From assembly GCA_963705505.1 (NCBI GenBank), contig CAVPJU010000006.1:64001-128000 (forward strand): 64,000 bases of DNA, written 5' to 3'. The DNA is from an uncultured bacterium (lineage in GTDB: Bacteria; Desulfobacterota_D; UBA1144; Nemesobacterales; UBA2774). Both the position numbers and the translations under genes were made by a program. Each line of letters begins with the position of its first letter. The first letter of the stretch is position 1. The notes beneath the pieces were generated by a model, which saw only the letters and a list, made by a program, of their open reading frames with translations, was not told where the DNA came from and did not search any database. Shown here piece after piece: positions 41,062-50,748 of the stretch.

Positions 41062-42726
41062 TCAGAGGAAGATATTTGAAAGATATTCCGTGAGGTCGCT
41101 CTTGCTCGCGGGCTGGTTCCTGAACCCGATGTAGCCGTCCGGGCGAATGAGATAGAGGCTCGATTTCGCGGCGCCGAAATCGCCGTGCATGAGGTCTCCC
41201 TCGTCCGTCCATACGGAGCTAATTTGCATGAGATCAGGCGGAAGCCCCTTGCAGCCGACGATTAAATGAGGCTTAATAAGACCAATAAACTCTTCGTCGA
41301 TAGTGGCGAGTATTTTTCTGAGCTCGTCGAATTCCATATCCTCGGGCTCCGCACCCGTGAAGATCAGGAGCTCATGCTCCGCCCCCTTAAAAAGGTCATA
41401 AAGCTGTATTCCGCTTTTGCCGTCAAGGCTGAGAAGCGTGTAGTCCCCGACCCTCTCTCCGGCTTTAAGATCATGGTGGTGTTTATGATCCCCGGGAATC
41501 TCCCCCGACCGATACCACCTCTCATCGACTATCGGGCTTTCCCCGTAGTTGATCTCTATCTGGGACAAGGTCGTGAGTATCCTTTCCTGAACCGCGTCGA
41601 GCTTCGACAGCGTGCCAACGAGCTTATTCCGTATAGCGCTCAGAACAGGGTTATGTATCCCGACCATCCTGGTAGCCATGTCCGTCAAGCCGACCACGCC
41701 CTCTCCGACGCGGTGTCTTTCCGCATTGTAGCTATCGAGGAGGCTTTCGGGCGAGCTGCCCTTGAGCACCAGAGCGAGCTTCCACGCAAGGTTATACGAG
41801 TCCTGTATCCCCGTATTCATCCCCTGTCCGCCGATAGGGCTGTGTATGTGCGCGGCGTCTCCGCATAAGAAGACCCTCCCTTCGCCGTATTTATCGACCA
41901 TGCGGTGATGGAGCTTGAAGTAGGCAAGCCAATTGGGATCGCTCACGCTTTTATAGTCGATCTCCCTCTCGCTCATGAGCCTCCTGACATCCTCGATCGT
42001 CGGCTCGGGCAGCCCTTCGTCCACATGAGCATCGGGCAGCTCGAACATTAGTCTCCCCCTGTCGCTGTAAAGCGGGAAATAGGCCGTCACTCCCCGTGGA
42101 TGTATAAAGACCGACAGGTGATGGAGGGGGTAGCTCCAGTCGAGGTTGCAATCTGCCAGGAGCCAGTAATTGGGGTAGGGGGCGCCCTTGAACTCGAGGT
42201 CGAGAACGTGACGTGACGTGCTGTGAGCCCCGTCGCACCCAGCTATGTATTTGCAATCGACAAATTCCTCGGAGCCGTCCTTTAACCTTAAGCGGGCAGC
42301 GATCCCGCTATCCGTCCGCTCGATCCCCAGAAGCTCTTTCTCGCGCTCGACCTTGACGCCGTAGGATTCCAGATGCTCGTTCAATATCCTTTCGGTGTCG
42401 CTCTGCGCAAGGATGAGGAAAAAGGGATATTTGCTTTCGAGTGTGTCGAAAATGACATGCGCCAGGGGTTTCCCGTGATTGTACATATCAAAGCCGTTAC
42501 AGATGTTGCCCTTTTTGAGCACCGTGTCCACGATGCCGATGTTCTCGAAGAGCTCGAGAGTCCGGGCGTGTATTCCGAAAGCCTTCGATTTATCCGAAGG
42601 GGCCGGGGCCTTGTCTATGATTCTTGGCGTGATTCCGTGCCTTGCGAGCTCGCATGCCATCGTAAGCCCGGTCGGTCCCGCGCCTACCACGAGCACGTCT
42701 GCGTGTGAGTCATTGGAAGCTGTCAT
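41062..42726 (-). CDS. FAD-dependent aromatic monooxygenase (PheA/TfdB family)
   Basis: GAGPTG, GCDGAHS, GDAAHIHSPIGGQGMNTG, C-terminal IRPDGYI. Confidence 0.92.
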   Translation of the reverse strand: MTASNDSHADVLVVGAGPTGLTMACELARHGITPRIIDKAPAPSDKSKAFGIHARTLELFENIGIVDTVLKKGNICNGFDMYNHGKPLAHVIFDTLESKYPFFLILAQSDTERILNEHLESYGVKVEREKELLGIERTDSGIAARLRLKDGSEEFVDCKYIAGCDGAHSTSRHVLDLEFKGAPYPNYWLLADCNLDWSYPLHHLSVFIHPRGVTAYFPLYSDRGRLMFELPDAHVDEGLPEPTIEDVRRLMSEREIDYKSVSDPNWLAYFKLHHRMVDKYGEGRVFLCGDAAHIHSPIGGQGMNTGIQDSYNLAWKLALVLKGSSPESLLDSYNAERHRVGEGVVGLTDMATRMVGIHNPVLSAIRNKLVGTLSKLDAVQERILTTLSQIEINYGESPIVDERWYRSGEIPGDHKHHHDLKAGERVGDYTLLSLDGKSGIQLYDLFKGAEHELLIFTGAEPEDMEFDELRKILATIDEEFIGLIKPHLIVGCKGLPPDLMQISSVWTDEGDLMHGDFGAAKSSLYLIRPDGYIGFRNQPASKSDLTEYLSNIFL

Positions 42727-42912
42727 ACGAGTCTCCTCAAGCGCATGATGTTGTCACTTCAATCAAAATAATTCAGGAATCCATAACAATTCGACAGAGT
42801 GTGTCGATATAATCAAATTATACATCCCGGAGAACGCCCGGTGAAATAAATGACGGATGAAGGAGGGCCTTCGGATTCGTATATCTGAGATTTAATCGGA
42901 GCCGCTTCCTTT

Positions 42913-43962
42913 TTACTTCAGGAACTGTTTCAGGGGGCCCTGGGGATTAATCATCCCTTTGAGATCACTGTAGCCGACGAGAACAAAATACGGCCCTTCG
43001 ACGTAAGGGCCCACTGCATACGGGGCGAAAGCGAACGTGATACCCCGGGGAGAGACAGCGAAAACGCTCAGGTCACCGGCCTTAAGCTCCTTCAATTCCC
43101 CGTTCAATACCCATCCGGCCTTCTGCTTTCTGAGATCGCCTATGCAATAACCGGAGAGTGCTTTTATAAAATCCGAATTGGGCTTAAAAAGGTCCGGCAA
43201 ATTCAGAAGTAATGCCTTGCCGTCCTTTATCCAGTAATTCGAAGACATGTATAAGGTATTACCGTGGGCGCCGCCGGTGTAGGAAAAGACCTCCCCTGAG
43301 AGACTGACCAATTCAGGCGAATAATATTCAATCGAGTAGCTGTAGTCTTCCTGCCAGCCGCCGGCAGAATCCCGAGTGGTGAAAAAATCCTCCGCTTCTT
43401 CCGCGAATTTTTTTCTTTCCGAGGCGGCTCCTTTCTCCAGTCTGTCCGTTATTTCACGGAAAGCCTTGGTGTCCGATAAAAAGTAAGGGTACATATAGGA
43501 CGCCTCATATTTACCTCCCCCGTTTGCATTCGTTGAAACGAAGTCGGCGACCTTAGTGAGCTTAAAGGGTAACGTCGTGAGTCCGTTCGCCTTTGACCAC
43601 TTACCTTCTATGACCTTCCCGAAATCCTTCCCGTCACCGCGGACCGTCCCCGTAAAAGTTCCAGTTTTGCTCCCCTTTTCATCCTGCTCCACGAGCGTAA
43701 TTGCAGAGGAGTTGTAGTCCGCCTCCCCGGTAAGAGCAATCGGGATGCCGACTTTGTCATACATATACGATCCAGAAGCGTCTCCCGAGTCAATTATCAG
43801 CTCCATCTGCACGTCGAGATTATCCCCTATGGTCCCGACGTAGTAATAACGCGATTCCCCTCCCTGCTTGTCCTGCGCCGGCAGGGGTAAACAAAAAAAA
43901 TTACAAAGAGCTATGGAAAATACGAGAATTAAAGCCGGCTTAGAGAGCCTCGACATTATCAT
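42913..43962 (-). CDS. Secreted DUF3298/RsiV-like protein
   Basis: Signal peptide; YTGGAHG, LPDLF, FAPYAVGPYVEG. Confidence 0.8.
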   Translation of the reverse strand: MIMSRLSKPALILVFSIALCNFFCLPLPAQDKQGGESRYYYVGTIGDNLDVQMELIIDSGDASGSYMYDKVGIPIALTGEADYNSSAITLVEQDEKGSKTGTFTGTVRGDGKDFGKVIEGKWSKANGLTTLPFKLTKVADFVSTNANGGGKYEASYMYPYFLSDTKAFREITDRLEKGAASERKKFAEEAEDFFTTRDSAGGWQEDYSYSIEYYSPELVSLSGEVFSYTGGAHGNTLYMSSNYWIKDGKALLLNLPDLFKPNSDFIKALSGYCIGDLRKQKAGWVLNGELKELKAGDLSVFAVSPRGITFAFAPYAVGPYVEGPYFVLVGYSDLKGMINPQGPLKQFLK

Positions 43963-44087
43963 CTTTCACCCCCGGGAGGTCGATCAAGAACGATTATAGA
44001 ATATTACGCTCAAAGCAATAAGGTGTACATCGTCCCCGGAGACTTGCTTCTTTTTGTCGCTAATTATCGGAATCTGTCATACCGCCC

Positions 44088-44106
44088 TTTGACAACTTTT
44101 GTCAAA
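44088..44106. promoter_or_regulatory. Palindrome, candidate enhancer-binding-protein site
   Basis: TTTGACAA-CTT-TTGTCAAA, about 105 bp upstream of the sigma54 site. Confidence 0.5.
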
Positions 44107-44211
44107 AAAGTACAAAAAATTTACCGCTTTTCCCCGTTTAATATATACATGCACCATTTCGATATTTATATTATGCAATAATCAGAGCAAGTTGTATCGT
44201 ATCATTACATT

Positions 44212-44227
44212 TGGCACGCGCATTGCA
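44212..44227 (+). promoter_or_regulatory. Consensus sigma54 promoter
   Basis: TGGCACGCGCATTGCA matches TGGCACG-N4-TTGCW exactly. Confidence 0.88.
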
Positions 44228-44298
44228 TAATATCGGATTAAGTTTTGTAGCAAATTAATGAGTTGATTCCAGAATCGAATTTGCGGAGTCACGAGAGA

Positions 44299-44433
44299 AT
44301 GGAAAGTTTGAAACAAAACGTATCGATTGACTTAAAGCTGGCCATAACATATTCCCCATCCTCTAAAGGGTGGATCCTTGAAGAAATTCATGGGTTCACC
44401 CTTATTTCATCTCCTGACTTTATCACCGGATAA
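44299..44433 (+). CDS. Small ORF (44 aa), hypothetical
   Basis: MESLKQNVSIDLKLAITYSPSSKGWILEEIHGFTLISSPDFITG; preceded by GGAG/GAGAG; directly downstream of the sigma54 promoter. Confidence 0.5.
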   Translation: MESLKQNVSIDLKLAITYSPSSKGWILEEIHGFTLISSPDFITG

Positions 44434-44449
44434 ATTTAGGTATTCACTA

Positions 44450-45235
44450 TCATTCACTATTCCCTATATTGAGGGAAAGAACTTTCATCATTTCTTCGTG
44501 AATGCCGCCATTGGACGCGAGGATTTCCTTTACATAGATGCTGTAATCCCCGCCCGTCAAATTCGTTACCCTGCCCCCCGCTTCCTCTACGATCAGAACC
44601 CCCGCAGCCGTGTCCCAGGGGTTAAGGCCGAGCTCCCAGAATCCGTCGAACCGGCCGCAGGCAAGGTAACAGAGGTCAAGCGCCGCCGAACCGTCCCTTC
44701 TCACCGATCTTGCCCTCCTGATGAAATCGGCGAAGTGCTTCAGATTCTCCTCGACCATCCTGATATCGTCATGAACGAAACCTGTGACGAGGTGGCCCTC
44801 GTCGAGGCGCACGGCACCGGTTACGTGTATCGCCTCTCCGTTCAAAAAAGCCCCGCTGCCGAACTCAGCCGAAAACAACTCGTCTTTAATCGGGTCGTAG
44901 ACCAGGCCCGCCCTCACAACGCCTTCGATCTCAAGCGCTATGGATACGGAAAAAAAAGGGTAGCCGTGGGCGAAATTGGTAGTGCCGTCGAGCGGGTCTA
45001 TTATCCACACGTATTCGGAATTTGCCGACTGCCTGCCCGACTCTTCCGCAAATATGTCGTGGGAGGGGAAACTCCTCTTTATGCAGTCGATAATAATTTC
45101 CTCGGCCTGCTTATCGACTTCGGTCACGAGGCTGTTCTTGCCTTTATAGGTTATTTCTTTTACCTTCCCTGATTTTTCCCTTAAAAGCTCCCCCGCCTCC
45201 CTTGCGGCTTTTTCAGCGACTTTTATATATATCAA
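44450..45235 (-). CDS. suhB: Inositol monophosphatase family protein
   Basis: LVTEVD, WIIDPLDGTTNF, GSAALDL, WDTAAG. Confidence 0.92.
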   Translation of the reverse strand: MIYIKVAEKAAREAGELLREKSGKVKEITYKGKNSLVTEVDKQAEEIIIDCIKRSFPSHDIFAEESGRQSANSEYVWIIDPLDGTTNFAHGYPFFSVSIALEIEGVVRAGLVYDPIKDELFSAEFGSGAFLNGEAIHVTGAVRLDEGHLVTGFVHDDIRMVEENLKHFADFIRRARSVRRDGSAALDLCYLACGRFDGFWELGLNPWDTAAGVLIVEEAGGRVTNLTGGDYSIYVKEILASNGGIHEEMMKVLSLNIGNSE

Positions 45236-45402
45236 GACATACTCCTGAGTGGGATGATTTTATAAAAAGCTCTGATAATCTATGCTTAATCAAAGATTCC
45301 GACTCTGTGAGCGGGAACCTTTCTTGACGAACCGGGCGTACACATTACCCCTATTTCGAATACCAGGATATTTATTCGAAGACCGCGGCTCAATACCGAG
45401 GA

Positions 45403-45606
45403 TCAATCAGCAGGCGTTTCCGGTATTATTATCCAGCCCAATATGTAGACAATCACAGCCGTACCGAGAGTAAAAAGCGCGATCAAGGCAAATATGAGTC
45501 TTATCAGAGTGGGATCGATTGAAAACATCTCGCCGAGGCCGCCGCATATGCCCCCTAACATCCTGTCGGTTCTCGAACGGTAGAGCTTCTTTATATTATC
45601 AGCCAT
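45403..45606 (-). CDS. PspC-domain protein
   Basis: KKLYRSRTDRMLGGICGGLGE...IDPTLIRL...WIIIP. Confidence 0.92.
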   Translation of the reverse strand: MADNIKKLYRSRTDRMLGGICGGLGEMFSIDPTLIRLIFALIALFTLGTAVIVYILGWIIIPETPAD

Positions 45607-45868
45607 GGTTCACCCCCGAATTGAATTATAAAGGAGTATACCTAAATATAACGCCCGGATTATCTATTTTAATTGAACCTTAATGCGGATACGCCCCATA
45701 TAAGAATTCACGGGACCTCGTCTACGGAAAAAACATTTACCATGAATTATAGGCTTATTGTTTATCATTGCCGCTGAGCTATAATAATCCGGGCGGCGAT
45801 GCCGGAGCGTCGCGAATTACGGGTTTAAGGTTCGATACCCAAGAGAAAATTACGAGGAGAGTCAGCAT

Positions 45869-46291
45869 ATGAGTGGTTCACTGAAGCCCGGAATGACTTT
45901 CGAGTTCGATTTCACAATACCGGAGTCGAAAACCGTTCCGTACATATATCCCGAATCAGAGGAATTCCAGATTATGCCGAAAGTCTTCTCAACGGGGTTC
46001 ATGATAGGCCTTATCGAATGGGCGTGCGTCAGGTTCGTCAACAACCACATCGACTGGCCGCGTGAGCAGACCGTCGGCATAGACGTGAATCTGAACCATA
46101 CGGCCGCGACCCCTCCCGGATTGACCGTAAACGTGAAAGGGGAGCTCATCGACGTTGACGGCAGGAAACTGACGTTTTCTATTGTCGCTCACGACGGTAT
46201 AGACGTGATATCGGAGGGGACGCACCAGAGATTCATAGTCGACGCCGAGAGGTTCAGAGCCAGAGTCGAGAAGAAAGCGAAACCGGAATAA
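45869..46291 (+). CDS. Fluoroacetyl-CoA thioesterase FlK-like hot-dog protein
   Basis: YPESEEF, VFSTGFMIGLIEWAC, HTAATPPG, GTHQR; Thr-Glu-His catalytic set present. Confidence 0.88.
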   Translation: MSGSLKPGMTFEFDFTIPESKTVPYIYPESEEFQIMPKVFSTGFMIGLIEWACVRFVNNHIDWPREQTVGIDVNLNHTAATPPGLTVNVKGELIDVDGRKLTFSIVAHDGIDVISEGTHQRFIVDAERFRARVEKKAKPE

Positions 46292-46352
46292 CGGGACCGC
46301 GCACAATTTTCACATTTTAAGCGCGCCATTCCGATTGCCGGATGCAGGTGCA

Positions 46353-47096
46353 ATGAATAAAAACGATACTGCAAATAAGAAAATAGATACATCCGCCGTA
46401 AAAGCTCTTACATTCGATGTTTTCGGGACAGTCGTAGACTGGAGGTCTTCGATTATCAGGGAATGCAGTCTCCTCGGGAAATCGAAGGGGATCGAGGCGG
46501 ACTGGCCCCGGTTCGCCGACTCCTGGCGCGCGGGCTACGCCCCCGCCATGAACCGCGTCCGCACGGGCGAGCTGCCGTGGATGAGCATCGATTCCCTTCA
46601 CAGGATGGTACTCGAGAAACTCCTTCAGCAATTCGGTATCGAAGGTCTATCCGAGAGCGAGAAAGACGACCTCAACCGGGCATGGCACAGGCTCACACCC
46701 TGGCCCGATTCAGTCGAAGGGCTCGAAAGGATTCGGAAAAGATATGTTACCGCAACTTTATCAAACGGAAATATCTCGCTTCTCGTAAACATGGCGAAAT
46801 ATGCGGGGCTCACCTGGGACTGCGTGCTCTCTTCAGAGCTTGCGAACCATTATAAGCCCGATAAGGAGGTATATCTGACGGCGGCAGGATTGCTCGGACT
46901 CGAGCCTGAGAACGTCATGATGGTCGCCGCGCATACGGATGATCTTCTGGCGGCAAAGGCCCTTGGTTTCAAGACCGCTTTTGTCTGGAGGCCTCTTGAG
47001 TTCGGTCCCCCGGGCGAGACTGAGGAAAAAGAAGAGATGCCGTTTGATATAGTCGCCCGTGATTTCAACGACCTCGCAGAAAAGCTCGGAGCATGA
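46353..47096 (+). CDS. Haloacid dehalogenase type II
   Basis: FDVFGTVVDW, LSNGN, YKP, MMVAAHTDDL. Confidence 0.9.
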   Translation: MNKNDTANKKIDTSAVKALTFDVFGTVVDWRSSIIRECSLLGKSKGIEADWPRFADSWRAGYAPAMNRVRTGELPWMSIDSLHRMVLEKLLQQFGIEGLSESEKDDLNRAWHRLTPWPDSVEGLERIRKRYVTATLSNGNISLLVNMAKYAGLTWDCVLSSELANHYKPDKEVYLTAAGLLGLEPENVMMVAAHTDDLLAAKALGFKTAFVWRPLEFGPPGETEEKEEMPFDIVARDFNDLAEKLGA

Positions 47097-47201
47097 TTTC
47101 CGATAAAATTATTTTCCGGGCAGTCAATTAATCCGATGCTTTTATAACTTCAGCAGAACCCGAATCATATATATTGTCACAGGCGGATACGTCCCCGGTG
47201 T

Positions 47202-48923
47202 CTATTCGAAAGTCTGAATTTTATAGAGACCCGCGTATATGCCGTTTTTTTCCATAAGCTCTGCATGGGTCCCGTATTCAACGAGCCTCCCCTTGTCGAA
47301 CACCGCAATGGAATCGAACCCGCTTATAGAAGGGACCCGGCTTGAGATAGCGAGCAAAGTCCTTCCCTTCATTTCCCTTCTGAGATTCTTCAGTACCATG
47401 CTCTCGGTCTTGAGATCGAGCGAGGAAAATACATCATCGAGAATGAGCACGCTCGGCTTAAGGAGAATCGCCCTCGCGATCGCGATCCTTTGCCTCTGCC
47501 CTCCCGAAAGGCTGAGACCCCTCTCGCCGACCCTGGCGTCGAACCCGCCCGGGAAATCTAGGATTTCATCATATATCTCGGCGACCCTGGCGGCTTTCTC
47601 GATGTCGGCATCGGTGATATCCGGGTCCATGAAAGAGATATTATCCTTCACGGTGCCGCTGAATACGGTCGTTTCCTGGGGGACGTATATTATCCCTTCC
47701 CTCAAGCTGTCCTTTTTTATTTTTCTGACGTCGATGCCGTCGACAAACATCGTATTTTCAGGCGGCTCTTCAACCCTGGTGAGGAGCTGAAAGAGCGTGC
47801 TCTTACCCGATCCCGTTGCCCCTGTGAATCCTACGGCTTTACCGGCCGGTATAGTGAGTGTTATGTTTTTAAGCGCCCTCTTCCCGTTATATGAGAAGCT
47901 CAGGTCCCTCAACTCGATATTCCCGTCGATTTCGACCTCGACGGTGCCCGACTCCGCGGGAGACTGCGGCTTGACGAGGAGTATGTCGTTTATCCTGTTG
48001 AGCGAAGCGTTCCCTCTCTTGATTATGTCGACCGCCCAGCCCATGGCCATCATGGGCCACGCGAGCATCGTCAGATAAACGAGGACGGCGGCGAAATCAC
48101 CAAGTGTGATATTGAGCGTGATGGTGTCTATCCCTCCGAGCCAGAGGAAAATAACGGTCGCGATCGCGGCAAGGTACGTAATTACGGGCTGATATACTCC
48201 CCATATCTTTATCAGGTGCAGGTTCTTTCCCAAATAATCATAGCTCGAAGTCTCGAAGTCTTTTTCTTCCTCACGCTCCCTCACGAACGCCTTAACCACC
48301 TTTATCCCGGATATCGATGCCCTGGCGCTCTCGGTGAGCACCGAGAATGAATCCTGTACCTTCTGGAACCTTTTCTCAATCATTTTGCCGAACCTGAGGA
48401 TGATAAAGCCTAATATGGGAAAAGGGATAAAGGCGTATAAGGTGAGCTGCGGGGATATGTACAGCATCGCGCCGAAGATAAATATAAGAAGAAAGACTCC
48501 GTCGTAAGCTATGAGCACGCCGAGACCGCAGGCGAACTTCAGGGTTTCGATGTCGTTCACCGTGTGGGCCATCAGGTCCCCGACCTTTCTTTGTGAAAAG
48601 AAGTCAAAATGCAGGCTCTGGAGGTGTGAAAAGAACTCGTTTCGGAGCGACTGCTCTATCTTCCGCGCCGCGCCCATTATGAAATATCTCCAAAAAAACC
48701 TGAATACGGACATGGCGACAGCTATCAGCAGCAGCAGCAGGCCATATTGTGAAATATCGCCTAAGCCCGCGCCTTTGAGCGTCAGGGTGTCGACTACCCT
48801 CTCTACGATCAACGGGATGGAAAGCTGGCAAAGATCCACCAGGGAAAGAGCCACAAGCCCCGCAAGAAAAGCATATTTGTATTTCAGAAGTAATGAAAAA
48901 AGGGTCTTCTTTCTATCCATCAA
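47202..48923 (-). CDS. ABC exporter half-transporter (MdlA-like)
   Basis: GDLMAHTVND, WPMMAMGW, GATGSGKS, LSGGQRQR, degenerate Walker B ILDD, and an H-loop without His (ISSR). Confidence 0.93.
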   Translation of the reverse strand: MMDRKKTLFSLLLKYKYAFLAGLVALSLVDLCQLSIPLIVERVVDTLTLKGAGLGDISQYGLLLLLIAVAMSVFRFFWRYFIMGAARKIEQSLRNEFFSHLQSLHFDFFSQRKVGDLMAHTVNDIETLKFACGLGVLIAYDGVFLLIFIFGAMLYISPQLTLYAFIPFPILGFIILRFGKMIEKRFQKVQDSFSVLTESARASISGIKVVKAFVREREEEKDFETSSYDYLGKNLHLIKIWGVYQPVITYLAAIATVIFLWLGGIDTITLNITLGDFAAVLVYLTMLAWPMMAMGWAVDIIKRGNASLNRINDILLVKPQSPAESGTVEVEIDGNIELRDLSFSYNGKRALKNITLTIPAGKAVGFTGATGSGKSTLFQLLTRVEEPPENTMFVDGIDVRKIKKDSLREGIIYVPQETTVFSGTVKDNISFMDPDITDADIEKAARVAEIYDEILDFPGGFDARVGERGLSLSGGQRQRIAIARAILLKPSVLILDDVFSSLDLKTESMVLKNLRREMKGRTLLAISSRVPSISGFDSIAVFDKGRLVEYGTHAELMEKNGIYAGLYKIQTFE

Positions 48924-49155
48924 GATCGAACTTTCGTGGTCAGGATATTATTTAAAGCAGGTTAACAGCATTTTAGTATACCTGAAGGGGCGGGGCGAAT
49001 ATTTCCGGCCCCGGAGGTCCCCGTTTTGGAGACTAAAGTCGGCCGGGCTCTTGATAATATGCCCGTCACGTGATCATCGCCCCGAAGGCGGACGTATTGA
49101 CGTGGATTCATAAAAAAATGATGTTTCAATCCCTGGATATTGAAAAAATCGACTG

Positions 49156-49761
49156 TCAGGGCATGGACTTAATGCCTTTTCCCGATTCACCCATTTTCAA
49201 TGCTTTCCCGTCGGGGGAGTATTGAGCCCAGAACCAGTTTATATCCTGCGGATCATTCCCGCCTAAATTTATCATCGCCGAGATTGTTTGAAGCTGGTCC
49301 TGATCGTCGTATCTTTCCTTAACCACTATCGAGCCCGGAGGAAGAGACTTTGAATGACTTTGTATCGCGTTATCAGCCAGATCGTTTATATAAGTTTTAA
49401 CATAATGTTTCTTTTTCTCGGAGTCCTTATTTAAACTATGTGCGGCGGGTAGCTCTTTCCAGTGTTTGTATTCTTCGGTCTGCATCTGATTCCAGAGCTC
49501 GGTCGCTATCTCGGCAGGGGCTTTCTTATTCAGCTCCTCGACCTGCGCTTCATGCATTTCCTTGCTCTTTTCGGCAACATCTTCAACCGCTTGCTCCGCT
49601 TCCTTTCCCGCCTTATCGGCTGTCTCGGAAACATCTTCTTTTACCCGTTCCGTAGTTGAAGTTTCTTTTTGAGTATCGGATTTATTGTCGGACTTCTCGC
49701 ATCCGGCATAGATTAAGCAAAGCGCAAAAAGCACCACGGCTAGGAAACTCGAAGCTCTCAT
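49156..49761 (-). CDS. Lipoprotein with a cytochrome P460-like domain lacking CxxCH
   Basis: IYAGC lipobox and charged linker, then YKHW, TYINDLA, PPGSIVVKE, NWFWAQYSPDG. Confidence 0.6.
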   Translation of the reverse strand: MRASSFLAVVLFALCLIYAGCEKSDNKSDTQKETSTTERVKEDVSETADKAGKEAEQAVEDVAEKSKEMHEAQVEELNKKAPAEIATELWNQMQTEEYKHWKELPAAHSLNKDSEKKKHYVKTYINDLADNAIQSHSKSLPPGSIVVKERYDDQDQLQTISAMINLGGNDPQDINWFWAQYSPDGKALKMGESGKGIKSMP

Positions 49762-49976
49762 ATACTCCTCCGTTCTTTTTTGTGTGATAATTCTATCATC
49801 ATGATTTTAAAAAATCCAAGTTTTATTGTGTATTCGGGCAGCAGTGTTATTTACCCGGTATCCCGATAGTCATTGCCCGATGCGTCCCGAATGAGCCCGG
49901 AAACCCGCCCGCGGAACCCGTCGCGTACCCGTTCAAAAGGGGGGATATCGGTTCCGGGGCTTCGAAAAAAAACCAC

Positions 49977-50025
49977 TTGACAAAAATTTTGAGATATACT
50001 AATATCTGATGACTGACTAGTCAGT
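49977..50025 (+). promoter_or_regulatory. Sigma70 promoter and TetR-type operator
   Basis: TTGACA (49977)-N17-TAATAT, then the perfect palindrome ACTGACTAGTCAGT (50012-50025). Confidence 0.75.
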
Positions 50026-50050
50026 TCAATACTTAAGTGATGGGTTAAAG

Positions 50051-50710
50051 ATGGCTAAACCGCATAAATCAATTAAAGAGCAGGCCTCTCCGCGTACGAG
50101 GCAGTTGAGAAAAACCGGACGAAAGGAGGAGATCATAAAGGCCGCGGCTAACCTCTTTTCACAGAAGAGCTATCACGACGTCACGATGGACGATATAGCG
50201 GAGAAAGTCGGCGTCGCCAAGGGGACGATTTACCTCTATTTCGATTCCAAGGAGAACCTCTATCTGGAAATACTGGAGGAAACCTACGAAGAAATCGAGT
50301 CGATACTAGAAAGGGAAACAGCCAAAAGCGACTCCGCCCCCGAGAAGCTCAAGAAAGTCCTCGGACTTATCTTCAATTTCTATCTTCAGAATCTGGATGC
50401 GTTGCGTATCCTGAGCAGGGACGAGACTCACCTGATCAGAGAGCATTTCGAATTCACCGAGCACTGGCGCCTCAGAAGAATAAAGCTATATCGAAAAATT
50501 TTGGAAAAAGGAATAAACGAAGGGTCGTTCCGCCATTCCAACACGGAGCTTACAGCCCTCATTATTTTCGGGCTTGTCAGGTCCGTGATGTTTTATTACA
50601 AAACGGATGACAGCGCGGAAGATATCGCGGAAGAGGTATATTCGATGATTTCCGGGGGAATCCTGGTCCCCCGTTTCGAAAAGACCGAAGCCGCGAGTAT
50701 GTACAAGTAA
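50051..50710 (+). CDS. TetR/AcrR-family regulator
   Basis: IIKAAANLF...TMDDIAEKVGVAKGTIYLYFDSKENL. Confidence 0.95.
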   Translation: MAKPHKSIKEQASPRTRQLRKTGRKEEIIKAAANLFSQKSYHDVTMDDIAEKVGVAKGTIYLYFDSKENLYLEILEETYEEIESILERETAKSDSAPEKLKKVLGLIFNFYLQNLDALRILSRDETHLIREHFEFTEHWRLRRIKLYRKILEKGINEGSFRHSNTELTALIIFGLVRSVMFYYKTDDSAEDIAEEVYSMISGGILVPRFEKTEAASMYK

Positions 50711-50748
50711 GGATTTAAAAATCATTCATCAATAAGGAGGTATTACAA

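Noticed and set aside
45795..45840. GGCGATG...TCGC hairpin upstream of the FlK-like gene as a fluoride (crcB) riboswitch
   Set aside because: The spacing is wrong and the 3' AAAC...UAAUGA..CUAC pseudoknot elements are absent.
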